Shown: positions 48,382-58,425, numbered from the stretch's first letter. The stretch is 64,000 nucleotides of DNA from Minisyncoccota bacterium (GCA_041664625.1 JBAYKK010000003.1:4331-68330), one strand, 5' to 3'. A program made the numbers and translations. Notes: generated by a model not told the origin, from the letters alone.

Positions 48382-49620
48382 TTACACCTTATTTACTGGT
48401 AAAATAACACTAAAAACACTTCCTTTGTTTTTTATACTTTTTACGTTGACTTTGCCTCCATGAGCTTCCGCTACCCATTTCACGATGGATAATCCCAGAC
48501 CCGTATTTTCATGACGACCATGAGATTTATCTGCCATATAAAATCTTTCAAATATACGAGGTAAATCTTCTTTTGCAATACCGATACCATTATCGGTTAC
48601 GTTTATTATGATAAATTTGCCTGACTGTTTGGCTGAAATTTCAGTGTGTCCTCCGATCTTGCCGTAAGTGACAGAATTTTTGGTGAGATTGGTTAGCATC
48701 TTTTCCAAATACGTCTCATCTCCCCAAATCGTAATGTTTGGTATTTTTTTTACGATTATGGAAATTTTTTTCTTATAAGAAATTGTTTTAGATTTTTCAG
48801 CAACATGATTAATCAAAGATTTTAAATTTACTTCTTTAAAAATGATTTGGTCTTTCAAATTTTCGGCTCCTGAGGTTAGTATACTCAAATCGGAAATTAT
48901 TTGAGATAAATGTTTTATCTCGTGGTCAATAGAGTGCAAAGCACGCTCAGGTTTTATTTTTTTAAAACCACTTTTGAGGGCTAGATCTACGTTGCCTTTT
49001 ATTATGGCGATTGGGGTACGGAGTTCATGAGTGGCATTAGCGATGAATTCCGTTTTTATCTTTTCTTGCTGGAGAAGTTTCCATGTGTATTTAAACATCT
49101 CCGTTCTTTTGAGGTTATCGTATTCTTTTTGGGTAAAATCGCGGATAGTGATAGCTTGGGCTGTGATGTTACCCAACGAAATAGACAATTCTTTGTCGCC
49201 TTCAGTGAAGATATGTTTTTGTTTGTAGCATAAAATCAAATTGCCATATAAGTATTTGTTGTATGTAATAGGTATTATCACATAACTTTTCATATAGGGA
49301 CTGACATCATATTTTTTTTCATAATTTTCTTTTTTTACATTTTCGACAAATATCGGAGTTCTGTTTTTCATAGCCTCAAAGTTACCACCTCTTTCTCTTG
49401 GTAATTGGGGAATGTATGGCAGATCGGCACTTTTATAAGCTAAGTGATACTCCTCGTTTTCAGTTGAAGTTTTCCACCAAGCAAAACCAAAATCTGCTTC
49501 AAAAATTTTTAAGCCGACTTCAGTAAATTTCTCAATGATTTTTAGATTATCCAATTCTGTCAATGAGTCCAACATTGTTTGATTCAGAAGAGTGATTTTT
49601 TTTAGTATTATTTGATCCAT
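48382..49620 (-). CDS. GAF-domain sensor histidine kinase
   Basis: THELRTP, NLTKNSVTY, DNGIG, IFERFY, TGLGL; N-terminal GAF-like region. Confidence 0.92.
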   Translation of the reverse strand: MDQIILKKITLLNQTMLDSLTELDNLKIIEKFTEVGLKIFEADFGFAWWKTSTENEEYHLAYKSADLPYIPQLPRERGGNFEAMKNRTPIFVENVKKENYEKKYDVSPYMKSYVIIPITYNKYLYGNLILCYKQKHIFTEGDKELSISLGNITAQAITIRDFTQKEYDNLKRTEMFKYTWKLLQQEKIKTEFIANATHELRTPIAIIKGNVDLALKSGFKKIKPERALHSIDHEIKHLSQIISDLSILTSGAENLKDQIIFKEVNLKSLINHVAEKSKTISYKKKISIIVKKIPNITIWGDETYLEKMLTNLTKNSVTYGKIGGHTEISAKQSGKFIIINVTDNGIGIAKEDLPRIFERFYMADKSHGRHENTGLGLSIVKWVAEAHGGKVNVKSIKNKGSVFSVILPVNKV

Positions 49621-49647
49621 ATACTACAAAATAACAAAAACTGTACC

Positions 49648-50316
49648 TTACTCTTTTAAAGTGAAACCTACACCTCTGATAGTGTAGATTAGGGGTTTGT
49701 TTTTTTCCCCGTCAATTTTGCGACGAAGGTATCTGATATGAACATTGAGTTCATGATTTGGTTCTTTAAAATTTGGCCCCCATGCGTAATCAATCAATCT
49801 CTTTCTGTTTATAGCTTCTCCTTGATTGGATATTAGTATATCCAAAAGTTTGTATTCTTTTGGAGAAAGAGAAATGATTTTGCCAGCTCGGGTAACTTCG
49901 TGCTTCTTTTTGTCCATTATCAAATCAGCTATTTTAACAATGTCTGAATCGGTTTTTTTACGACGACGCAAAACGGCGCGGATCCGAGCAGATAACTCTT
50001 TTAGGTCAAAAGGTTTTATAAGATAGTCGTCAGCACCAGCATCAAATCCAGCTACCCGCTCTCCTATACTATCCATGGCAGTGATCATGATAATTGGAGT
50101 GTGGATTTGGTGTTCTCTAAGTTCTTTACAGACAACAAGACCATCCTTTTTGGGGAGCATTATATCCAAGAGGATCATACTGTAATTGTTGGTCATGGCT
50201 TTTTGCAAACCGTCTTCTCCGTCGTAAGAGACATCGACAGAATAGCGCTCATTTTTTAGCGCCCTTTTTAATATATCTACCAACTTCTTTTCGTCTTCAA
50301 TGATTAATATTGCCAT
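49648..50316 (-). CDS. OmpR/PhoB family response regulator
   Basis: IIEDE, LLDIMLP, GADDYLIKPF, TIRGVGF. Confidence 0.95.
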   Translation of the reverse strand: MAILIIEDEKKLVDILKRALKNERYSVDVSYDGEDGLQKAMTNNYSMILLDIMLPKKDGLVVCKELREHQIHTPIIMITAMDSIGERVAGFDAGADDYLIKPFDLKELSARIRAVLRRRKKTDSDIVKIADLIMDKKKHEVTRAGKIISLSPKEYKLLDILISNQGEAINRKRLIDYAWGPNFKEPNHELNVHIRYLRRKIDGEKNKPLIYTIRGVGFTLKE

Positions 50317-50512
50317 AGGTTTAACAGTAGTGTAGCGCTTGTGGTGGAATTTGCAAGATATATTAACATAATATTAAATTATACACAATTTATAAACAAC
50401 TTACAAACATTGTAGCGCAATGTTTATTTGACATTGATTAATTGTGAGATTAATATTATTAAATTATTATTAAATTCTGTAATAAGCCCATAATATTAAT
50501 AGCTTATAATCT

Positions 50513-51049
50513 ATGACTCAAAAAAAAGAAGCTCAACTAAATGCAGTATTGACCAATGCACACCGTGAATATGGCACAGGGCTTAATGCTTATGCTTTTT
50601 CCAAAGTTCATAATCAAGGAATGAGCGATGATTTAGTTCAAGATACTTTTATAAAAACTTGGCGTTTCCTTGTCAAAAAAGGCAAAGTGCATATGATGAA
50701 AGCTTTCCTTTATCACGTTTTGAACAGGTTGGTGATTGATGAATACCGGAAACGCAAGATCGCTTCTCTTGATGTCCTTACAGAAAAAGGCTTTGAACCA
50801 AGTATTGATGATTTAGAACAACATTTTGATGTTTTGGATGGGAAAATACTAATAACATTGATTGATTATTTACCAGAAAAATATCAAAAAGTCATGAAGA
50901 TGCGGTATATAAAAATGTTTTCACTCAAAGAAATATCTCTTATTACTGGAGAAACCAAAAATACCATTGCTGTACAGATACACCGAGGACTTAAGAAACT
51001 CAAATTTTTATATGATAATTCCCTCTCCTCTGAAGTGGCCTCCAAGTAA
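50513..51049 (+). CDS. ECF sigma-70 factor
   Basis: DLVQDTFIKTW, FLY......IDEYRK, LPEKY, SLKEIS, TIAVQIHRG. Confidence 0.9.
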   Translation: MTQKKEAQLNAVLTNAHREYGTGLNAYAFSKVHNQGMSDDLVQDTFIKTWRFLVKKGKVHMMKAFLYHVLNRLVIDEYRKRKIASLDVLTEKGFEPSIDDLEQHFDVLDGKILITLIDYLPEKYQKVMKMRYIKMFSLKEISLITGETKNTIAVQIHRGLKKLKFLYDNSLSSEVASK

Positions 51050-51106
51050 TTATTTTTTGTCTATCTTGGTCTGAAGGATCCTCTCGAGTATTCAAGGTAT
51101 TTCTTA

Positions 51107-51679
51107 TCATTTTTTGGATTTGTTTTCACTTAGCTCACCAGTTATGGGGTTAAACTGGATCCAAACACTTTTGCCAACCGAAGGCGAAACTGTCATGGGC
51201 TCACTGACTCCGCGTTCGGCGAAATTGGCTACCGCTTGGCCATCTATTATATTTATATTTTGAGGGGCTATACGATCACCCAAAAATAAAGCGCTGGTAC
51301 CTTTGTATATACCGTTATAATTTATAGCTTCAACTACATAAAAAAACGTACCACTACCGCCAGTTTGTCGAGTAATAAACATTACTGCGTCTTCCAATTT
51401 GTCGCCCGTGAGATCTCCGTAAACCGGTTCCCCAAAAACTCTGACTACTTCTTTTGAGACTGAACCGGGGGCTCCCGGTTTTTGCACTTCACCATTTTTA
51501 AAAGTATAAATTTGTCCGTCGATGGTGAAAGAAATATTTAGTGGATCATTTTTAATGACTTTTTCTTCGGTTTGGCGCAATATAAAATTGACCAAAGGGT
51601 TTACCCAATATTTTTGAGTGAATATTAGTCCGAGCCCAATAATAATAAGTATGAGTAATATGATCTGGATAGTTTTCAT
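51107..51679 (-). CDS. Membrane-anchored hypothetical protein
   Basis: TM, GDLTGD..DA, GGSGTFFY, LGDRIAPQ. Confidence 0.7.
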   Translation of the reverse strand: MKTIQIILLILIIIGLGLIFTQKYWVNPLVNFILRQTEEKVIKNDPLNISFTIDGQIYTFKNGEVQKPGAPGSVSKEVVRVFGEPVYGDLTGDKLEDAVMFITRQTGGSGTFFYVVEAINYNGIYKGTSALFLGDRIAPQNINIIDGQAVANFAERGVSEPMTVSPSVGKSVWIQFNPITGELSENKSKK

Positions 51680-51774
51680 TTGATTAGTCTTAGTAAAATA
51701 GGTAAAAGAAAAATTAAAAATAATTATACCACTGTTTGTAGATTTAAACATTCTACTTGTGTTAATATATTTGT

Positions 51775-52422
51775 ATGAAATATTTTATCTCTACTTTGCC
51801 TAAAAATATTGCCAAAAGTTTTAGGGGTAAAAATCTTTATTGGCACATTTTGGCTATCATTGCTACGGCCCTGATCGTCACTTCTGGTTTTGATTGGTAT
51901 TACTTTGTGGAAACCCGAGGTTTTTATTTGGAAAAGTTTTTTTCACCCGCTATCGCTATTGGTGCCATCTTGCCTATGTTTGGATTACCTATTTTGCTCT
52001 TGATTGGCTGGATTACAAAAAACAAACAGACAAGAATATTGGCTTGGGTTTTGGGTCAGGCCGCTTTCGCTGGGTGGTTCGTTTCTTCTGCTTATAAAGC
52101 TTTGACTGGGCGTATCCAACCCCCAACTTCAACTCTTTTGGATATTAGTCGTCAATTTAATTTTGGTTTTTTTAAAGAAGGGGTTTTTTGGGGTTGGCCA
52201 TCGTCGCATACTACGGTTGCTTTCGCTATGGCTTTTGCTTTGATCACTCTTTATCCTAAAAATAAAGTAGTGGTAGTATCGGCTGTTCTTTATGCTCTGT
52301 ATATAGGTATTGGCATCTCTTTTGATATTCATTGGTTTTCCGAATTTATAGCCGGTGCTATCATCGGTACTGTTATTGGTATAGTAGTGGGTAAAAATTT
52401 TGACTCTAAAACTTTTAGTTAA
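51775..52422 (+). CDS. PAP2 family phosphatase
   Basis: K..TGR..P, PSSHT, HWFSE. Confidence 0.85.
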   Translation: MKYFISTLPKNIAKSFRGKNLYWHILAIIATALIVTSGFDWYYFVETRGFYLEKFFSPAIAIGAILPMFGLPILLLIGWITKNKQTRILAWVLGQAAFAGWFVSSAYKALTGRIQPPTSTLLDISRQFNFGFFKEGVFWGWPSSHTTVAFAMAFALITLYPKNKVVVVSAVLYALYIGIGISFDIHWFSEFIAGAIIGTVIGIVVGKNFDSKTFS

Positions 52423-53200
52423 TATCTTTCAAATAAGCGAGTGCGCCGTAGAGCCCACCAAAATCGCCAAGCTCTGATTTTTTGATGAGTGGCAATTCGG
52501 GGAAAATTTTTAAAATTTCTTTCAAATAATTTTCAGTTTTATCTAGAGGTATAGCTGGATTGCCAGTGATCATCGAACCACCCAAAACGATACAATCTGG
52601 TGACCACTCTACTATTATATTGTTTAATCCTATTGCCAAAAATTTAGCATGTTCTGTCCAAACATCTTGGTCAGTGATTTCTTTTGGGTGTTTGCCTGTC
52701 TTTTTTTGTAAAGCTTTACCAGAAATCATTTCTTCTAAAGTTTTGTTTACTCCGTTTTCAATATCTATGATTTGGTGCCCAGGTTCAAAACCAATAGCTC
52801 TTTCGTCTATTTTGCCATTTACAATCCTTACTCCACCAACACCAGTCGAAACCGTGATGTAAGCTACTATTTCAAAACCCTTACCAGCGCCCCAACTAGC
52901 TTCGCCCAGACCAACTATAGCCGAATCGTTTTCTATAAAAACATCGCCACCCAATCTTTTACTTAAGTCTTCTTTTAATTTTTGCTCGTTCCAATCGGCG
53001 ATACTGCGACTCATACCACCCACTATTTTTTTGATTTCTCGGCCTTGAGCTAAATCTTGTGCGGTAGCTACAAACAAACTCACAATCTCTTCATAATTTT
53101 GGACAGTAGTAAAAACTTTGGGTTCTTCAAAAGTTTCGCCATCTGCTGAAAAAGCTATTCTGGTTTTAGTCGCTCCGATATCAAAGAGGATTGAGTTCAT
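52415..53200 (-). CDS. ROK family sugar kinase (glucokinase-like)
   Basis: DIGATK, IENDS, STGVGG, EPGH. Confidence 0.9.
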   Translation of the reverse strand: MNSILFDIGATKTRIAFSADGETFEEPKVFTTVQNYEEIVSLFVATAQDLAQGREIKKIVGGMSRSIADWNEQKLKEDLSKRLGGDVFIENDSAIVGLGEASWGAGKGFEIVAYITVSTGVGGVRIVNGKIDERAIGFEPGHQIIDIENGVNKTLEEMISGKALQKKTGKHPKEITDQDVWTEHAKFLAIGLNNIIVEWSPDCIVLGGSMITGNPAIPLDKTENYLKEILKIFPELPLIKKSELGDFGGLYGALAYLKDIN

Positions 53201-53204
53201 ATTT

Positions 53205-54221
53205 TTATTGTGATTTGCTAATATTTTTTTTGTATTCTTCTACTGCGGGCTGATCGTAGGGATTAATCTCAAGTAGTTTGGCCAACTCCAAAGTCACGTT
53301 TATCATAAAAGCCATAAAAATCCCCAATTCTCTTTCGGTTATTTTGTCCATCTCATATTTCATAAATGGTAAACCGGCTTTGTCATAAGCTTCAGAAACA
53401 TTTTTGTAAGCCACTGCGCTTATACTTCCCTCGATTTCATTTTTGGATTCTATAAAGACAGTGAATCTATTTTTGGGCCCACCCAAATAAAGCTCGAGCA
53501 TTGAATGTAAATCAGTAGGGCCGATAGAAACTGTCGGAGTGATGAGCGACAAACTTTCGGCAATGAGTTGGCGGCACCACTTACCCAAATCTTCGAGTTC
53601 AGAATTGAAAATAAAAAAATCTAAAATATTTAAACCTTGTTTGTAGTTATCAAAAATATTTTGAGCAAGTTTTTCTTGCTCGTCCCGCGAAGCTTCAGCG
53701 GAGTGAGACCCTTCTATAAAATCTTCAATATTTAAACCCGCAATAGAGAGTACGGTAGTATGAGCTATAGTAAAAGCGCTGAAACGTCCACCCACTTCAC
53801 CTTCCCCGCCTGCTATGCCAGCTTGGCGGGCAGGCCATTCCTTTTTTTCAATTTCTTTTTCTTCGGCTATTTGCCAAAGCGGACTATTTTTGGTTGTTAT
53901 GATAAGGGTTTGATTTTTTATTAATTCATCAAATTTTTGGTATAAAATATCAAAAATCTTTTTAAAAGTTTCTAGAGTCTCTACGGTTTGGCCAGATTTG
54001 CTGATCGCTATTAAAACTATTTCTGACAAATCGTTTATTTCATTTTTGACAATGCTCTCTATTTCTTCATATTCACGTGTATCGGGAGATTCGAGGAAAA
54101 ATAATTTTTTGTCGACTTCGGGTTTGTGCAAAGTCATCGCGTTCCATACCGCTTTGGAAGCCAAATCAGATCCACCGATACCAACTACAAATATAAATTT
54201 AGAATTTTTGTATTTTTCCAT
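53205..54221 (-). CDS. pgi: Glucose-6-phosphate isomerase (short)
   Basis: GIGGSDL, SKSG.T.ET, VGGRFS, QLIAES, DLHS, DQPAVE.YK. Confidence 0.9.
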   Translation of the reverse strand: MEKYKNSKFIFVVGIGGSDLASKAVWNAMTLHKPEVDKKLFFLESPDTREYEEIESIVKNEINDLSEIVLIAISKSGQTVETLETFKKIFDILYQKFDELIKNQTLIITTKNSPLWQIAEEKEIEKKEWPARQAGIAGGEGEVGGRFSAFTIAHTTVLSIAGLNIEDFIEGSHSAEASRDEQEKLAQNIFDNYKQGLNILDFFIFNSELEDLGKWCRQLIAESLSLITPTVSIGPTDLHSMLELYLGGPKNRFTVFIESKNEIEGSISAVAYKNVSEAYDKAGLPFMKYEMDKITERELGIFMAFMINVTLELAKLLEINPYDQPAVEEYKKNISKSQ

Positions 54222-54320
54222 ATAGTTTATAATAACTCACCCTATCATCTCTTACAACCAGAGCGGGAAAAATGAAAGGGCCGTCGCGTTAGCGACGGCC
54301 CACGGATTATGCCCTTGTAT

Positions 54321-54497
54321 CTACTTGTTTTCCTCTCCTTTTTTGGGAGGCGAAGTTTTTTGCACGTCATCATCCGACGATGCCTGGGTTTTCGGAAATG
54401 CACTCGGCAAGTCCTGGACCCTGGTGGTCTTAATGGGGGTCGTTCTTGCCCCCCAAAACACACTGAAACTCGGCGGACTTTGCAATGAGCCTTTCAT
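54321..54497 (-). CDS. Small hypothetical protein (58 aa)
   Basis: MKGSLQSPPSFSVFWGAR...KGEENK; SD GAAAGGA; terminator hairpin at 54278-54301. Confidence 0.45.
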   Translation of the reverse strand: MKGSLQSPPSFSVFWGARTTPIKTTRVQDLPSAFPKTQASSDDDVQKTSPPKKGEENK

Positions 54498-54512
54498 CTT
54501 CTCTTTTCCTTT

Positions 54513-54905
54513 CTAGTGAACACTCGAGGTGGAAACCTCGAAAAATTCGAGCTTGCCAGTCTTTGGCCGGTTCTTGATGACGATCACCTTCTCGCTCACG
54601 ATCGGGCAATAGAAGAAGATCTTGAAGCTCAACCCCAAGTTTGGGAAGCGCTTCCTCAGGGCGTTGTGAATCGTATTATTGACCGATTCCTGCTCGCCTC
54701 TGTTCGTTATGCCCGGACAGAACAAGATTAGGGGCTGACCCTTCTTGTTCTCGGACAAGAACATCCGGAAGATGTCTCCCATACTGATCTCCCTCCGGTG
54801 GTTGACCACCTTCGGGACGACGGCGACCACCTCCGGCTTGAACGCCGGCAACTTGGTGGACGACCTCAAGGTCGCTCTTGAAATACCCGCTGTAAAAGTT
54901 GACAC
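54513..54905 (-). CDS. Hypothetical protein
   Basis: GTG start with SD GAGGT; GC-richer ORF; TTGACT...TAATAT promoter upstream. Confidence 0.55.
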   Translation of the reverse strand: MSTFTAGISRATLRSSTKLPAFKPEVVAVVPKVVNHRREISMGDIFRMFLSENKKGQPLILFCPGITNRGEQESVNNTIHNALRKRFPNLGLSFKIFFYCPIVSEKVIVIKNRPKTGKLEFFEVSTSSVH

Positions 54906-55086
54906 TACTCTTACCTCTTGTTTGGAATAGAACAGAACCTGAAATAAAATATTACACTCATTAAAATAGAAGTCAAGCAAGGCAAACTGGGGATTACCCA
55001 GTAGTAGATTTTGGTATTATGCTTCGCATTTGCACAAAGTGCGATACCAAAATTCACTACTGGGATTACTCAGGCTTAATTTGGGG

Positions 55087-55692
55087 CTATTTTTTGTATT
55101 GCATGATGCCGGCTCCCTTGATCTCAGTTTGGCCCGCTTTGCGTATAAATTTTTTATTGACTTCGGGTACGAAATTGAAATGCGGTGAACTGTCCAAAGC
55201 CTCGGCAATTTCATCCAAATCTTGTTCGGCTGTCACCCAAGCTGTGCCAAATTTTTTCCAAATATCAAATGGTTTGGAAAAAGATTTCAAAGTTTTTTCA
55301 CCCGAATCTAAAAAATATTCATGATAAAAAGACAAAGCTAGTTCGCGAGGATTTTGGTAAATCGGATCACGGAAACGCAAGACTGAGTGATTGGTTTTGG
55401 AAATCGCTCCCCAAAATCCATTTATTTTGAAAACACACAAAACATGGTCGTAATCTTTTTTTAAATCCTTAACTTTCAAGTCTAGCAAATAGTTTTCTAT
55501 TTTATTTTGTTGTAAACACAGGCAAGCCAAAATAGCTCCTTCAAAGCAGTGCATCCTTCCTGCTTCCAAAACTCGCTTGGGCGACATATAAGTCTCTCCC
55601 CTTTTTTCAAAATTGAAAGGGGTTTTGTCCAAAAAATCCTGCACCTTGGCCGGCGTGTTGAGTTTTTTTATTATTTTTGGCAGTTTTTTCAT
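55087..55692 (-). CDS. Transglutaminase-like conserved protein
   Basis: SPKRVL...HCFEGA, DHV, WGAISKTNH..LR.RDP.Y. Confidence 0.75.
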   Translation of the reverse strand: MKKLPKIIKKLNTPAKVQDFLDKTPFNFEKRGETYMSPKRVLEAGRMHCFEGAILACLCLQQNKIENYLLDLKVKDLKKDYDHVLCVFKINGFWGAISKTNHSVLRFRDPIYQNPRELALSFYHEYFLDSGEKTLKSFSKPFDIWKKFGTAWVTAEQDLDEIAEALDSSPHFNFVPEVNKKFIRKAGQTEIKGAGIMQYKK

Positions 55693-55697
55693 GTTTG

Positions 55698-55743
55698 TCC
55701 TCACCCCTTATCCCCTCTCCTTGGCAAGGAGAGGGGGCGAGCA
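55698..55743. repeat. 46-nt palindromic direct repeat, copy 1
   Basis: tcctcaccccttatcccctctccttggcaaggagagggggcgagca; 2 mismatches to 56519-56564. Confidence 0.92.
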
Positions 55744-55744
55744 C

Positions 55745-56161
55745 TTATCGCATTATTTCAGGTATTTTATTACGAGGAATTTTTCTTACTTTAATTTTAT
55801 TGTGACCCCCAAGGTAAAGCTTTGCTAGGCGATGCAATCCATCAAGAATACGCCATCTACCTTTATTCTCCATAATATCAATTGGATGGTTTATATCTGC
55901 CTCTTGTATTTTACGAAAGTGAGTTGGTTCATTTTCCGGGTATTTTATAACTTCCCAGGGCGTTAAATTAAATTCTGTTAAATTAAATTTATTTTTGCCT
56001 CCCCTGTCCCAAAATGGAATATCAAAATGCCAGATTAATTCCTGAATATCTATTTCCGTCACCGGTTCATTAAGTTTCCAAACTTTCTTTGGATTCCAAG
56101 CGGTGCCGATACCAACATCTTTTATTATTTGTGGTATTTTGTTGTTTTTATTGTTTTCCAT
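55745..56161 (-). CDS. ParB/Srx-like domain protein
   Basis: PIDI......RILDGLHRLAK motif. Confidence 0.75.
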   Translation of the reverse strand: MENNKNNKIPQIIKDVGIGTAWNPKKVWKLNEPVTEIDIQELIWHFDIPFWDRGGKNKFNLTEFNLTPWEVIKYPENEPTHFRKIQEADINHPIDIMENKGRWRILDGLHRLAKLYLGGHNKIKVRKIPRNKIPEIMR

Positions 56162-56513
56162 TATTTATTTCATTATAAATCTTTTTCAATACTTTTTCTA
56201 TGTCATTTTCTACCTCCTCATTTAAAAATCTAATTGTTGTGTATTCAAGTTCTTTAAAAAATTTGTCTCTCACCGCATCGTATTCTTTTGCTTCTTTGGT
56301 ATTATGTATTTCTCCATCAAGCTCAATGATTAATTTTTTCTTGGCGCAATAAAAATCCAAAATATAACCACCGATGCTGTATTGTCTTTTAAATCTAAAA
56401 CCTAGTTTTTGATTTCTTAATTTCTCCCACAGCAATTTTTCTTGAGGGGTAGCTCTTTTGCGTAATTCTTGTCTCCTGTCTCCTAATTCAAATATGTTGT
56501 GAATTAATCTCAT
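56148..56513 (-). CDS. DUF559 (Vsr-like) endonuclease
   Basis: LRK..TP.EK.LW..LR, FKRQ..IG.YILDFYC, IIELDG.IH, D..RD, IRF.N. Confidence 0.92.
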   Translation of the reverse strand: MRLIHNIFELGDRRQELRKRATPQEKLLWEKLRNQKLGFRFKRQYSIGGYILDFYCAKKKLIIELDGEIHNTKEAKEYDAVRDKFFKELEYTTIRFLNEEVENDIEKVLKKIYNEINNGKQ

Positions 56514-56518
56514 AAAAA

Positions 56519-56564
56519 TCCTCACCCCTTATCCCCTCTCCTTGACAAGGAGAGGGGACGAGCA
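56519..56564. repeat. 46-nt palindromic direct repeat, copy 2
   Basis: tcctcaccccttatcccctctccttgacaaggagaggggacgagca; inverted half-site ggggtgagga at 56593-56602. Confidence 0.92.
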
Positions 56565-56638
56565 GTATCTACATTATACTAAAATCTAGATTGGGGTGAG
56601 GACTTTTTGGAGTAAAATTATATGTTATATTATACACA

Positions 56639-57673
56639 ATGTTATATCAAAAAATCCTAAAACCTCTGCTTTTTAAGTTTGATCCGGAAAAGGTCCATGA
56701 TTTTTTTGTTTATGTCGGCGAAGCTCTTAGTAAGTTTGGATTCTCTAGGAATTTGGTGGCTCTTTCTTTTAGATATAAAGGCAAAGATATTTCCAAAACC
56801 GTAGATGGTTTGACTTACCAGACTCCTTTTTTGCTTTCAGCTGGGTTTGATTATAATGGTCAATTAATTAATATTTTGCCAGAAATTTCATTTGGTGGAG
56901 TAGAAGTGGGCTCGGTCACGGCTCGGGTCTGTAGCGGTAATCTGAAACCGCGTCTCACCCGCCTGCCCAAGTCGCACAGCATCATAGTCAACAAAGGTCT
57001 GCGTAATGATGGGGTGGAAGTTGTTATTGAGCGATTGAAAAAATATCCCGAAAAGAAAAATTTTGTCGTAGGAGTTTCTATCGCTCGCACTAATGATATA
57101 AAATGTGTTTCGGTGGAAGAAGGTATAGCTGATTATTTTCAGAGTTTCAAAAGATTGAATGAAGAAAATGTAGGTGACTACTATACTTTGAATATTTCTT
57201 GCCCCAACGCTTTTGGTGGCGAAACTTTTGCCAATCCGGAGAGGCTGGAGTCTTTGCTTACCAAAATTTCTGAAATCAAGTGTGATAAGCCGGTTTATAT
57301 CAAGATGCCTATCAATTTGGAGTGGTATGAGTTTGATGGTTTACTCAAAGTGATAAAAAACTTTCTTTTAGTTAAAGGTGTGATCATTGGTAATTTAAAT
57401 AAAAATTATAATGATCTGGATTATAGAGATGAAGCACCGGGAGAGTACGCTGGTGGTTTAAGTGGCAGGCCTTGCTTTGAACTTTCTAATCAGTTGATCA
57501 AAAAAACTCGAGAAAATTACGGCACAAGATTCACTATCATTGGTTGTGGCGGTGTGATGTCGGTCCAAGATTCTCGAGCAAAATTTGCAATGGGAGCAGA
57601 TTTGGTTATGCTTATAACGGGCATGATTTTTAATGGCCCAGGTTTTATAAAAGAATTAGCTAAATCAGTATGA
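56639..57673 (+). CDS. pyrD: Dihydroorotate dehydrogenase (quinone-type)
   Basis: DPEKVH, SAGFD, GN.KPRL.RL, LNISCPN, GGLSG, IIGCGGV. Confidence 0.92.
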   Translation: MLYQKILKPLLFKFDPEKVHDFFVYVGEALSKFGFSRNLVALSFRYKGKDISKTVDGLTYQTPFLLSAGFDYNGQLINILPEISFGGVEVGSVTARVCSGNLKPRLTRLPKSHSIIVNKGLRNDGVEVVIERLKKYPEKKNFVVGVSIARTNDIKCVSVEEGIADYFQSFKRLNEENVGDYYTLNISCPNAFGGETFANPERLESLLTKISEIKCDKPVYIKMPINLEWYEFDGLLKVIKNFLLVKGVIIGNLNKNYNDLDYRDEAPGEYAGGLSGRPCFELSNQLIKKTRENYGTRFTIIGCGGVMSVQDSRAKFAMGADLVMLITGMIFNGPGFIKELAKSV

Positions 57674-58425
57674 ATAAAAAAATAATGCTAGTGTCTGGGA
57701 TTTTAGTGGTTATTTTGGGTGTTTTTTTGGTTGTAAAAAATGTTTCTTTGGCACCAACGCCCGAAGAAAATCAAAGCAATTCTCAATCTTCCTCCACTGA
57801 AAATTCATTGGGTAAAATAAAAATTGATCCAGTCGTGAATACGCAGACTTTGCCATTTTCTGATAGTCCCAAAGATGTTGCTTGGGCGGTTTTTTCAAAA
57901 TATCTGGCTTTCAATAAAGAGCAAAATTTGGCAGGAGTCAAAAGTGTAGTTTATAAAATCAATCCGGTTTGCGCTGACGAGATCACAAGTGTTGATTGCA
58001 AAGCGCGGATGGATTCGGCCTATTCTTATGGTAGTGCTTTAAAAAAAGCAGATTTTGTAAATATTTGGAGTGACGAAAAGCAAATGATTTTGACTACTGA
58101 TTTTTGGTTAGAATCATCCAAAGAAATGGATCAGTACGGCCGGTTCAGAGGCATTATATTTTTTGTGAAAGGCGAGGCAGGTTGGAAACTTTTGAGTTTT
58201 TCTCCAACTAAAGGTGGTGCTACCAATAAAGGGTTGGCCAGTCAAGAAGAAATCGATACTCGAATCATCCGCTACACTGAAGACCAAGACTTTGATGGGT
58301 TAGCTGATTATGAAGAAGAGTGTTTGAACAAGCCCAACGATAATACTTGTATCAAAACCTCTCCCAAACTCCGCGACACCAATGGCAATGGCCTCTGGGA
58401 TGGTGTAGAAGCTTTGATGAAATAA
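57670..58425 (+). CDS. Membrane-anchored protein with Ca-binding DxDxDG (TSP3-like) motifs
   Basis: TM; DQDFDGLADYEE and DTNGNGLWDGVE. Confidence 0.7.
   Translation: MNKKIMLVSGILVVILGVFLVVKNVSLAPTPEENQSNSQSSSTENSLGKIKIDPVVNTQTLPFSDSPKDVAWAVFSKYLAFNKEQNLAGVKSVVYKINPVCADEITSVDCKARMDSAYSYGSALKKADFVNIWSDEKQMILTTDFWLESSKEMDQYGRFRGIIFFVKGEAGWKLLSFSPTKGGATNKGLASQEEIDTRIIRYTEDQDFDGLADYEEECLNKPNDNTCIKTSPKLRDTNGNGLWDGVEALMK

Noticed and set aside
55698-56564. Integron attC sites or IS terminal inverted repeats
   Set aside because: No integrase or transposase in the window and no attC R-box pattern; the copies are direct and internally palindromic.
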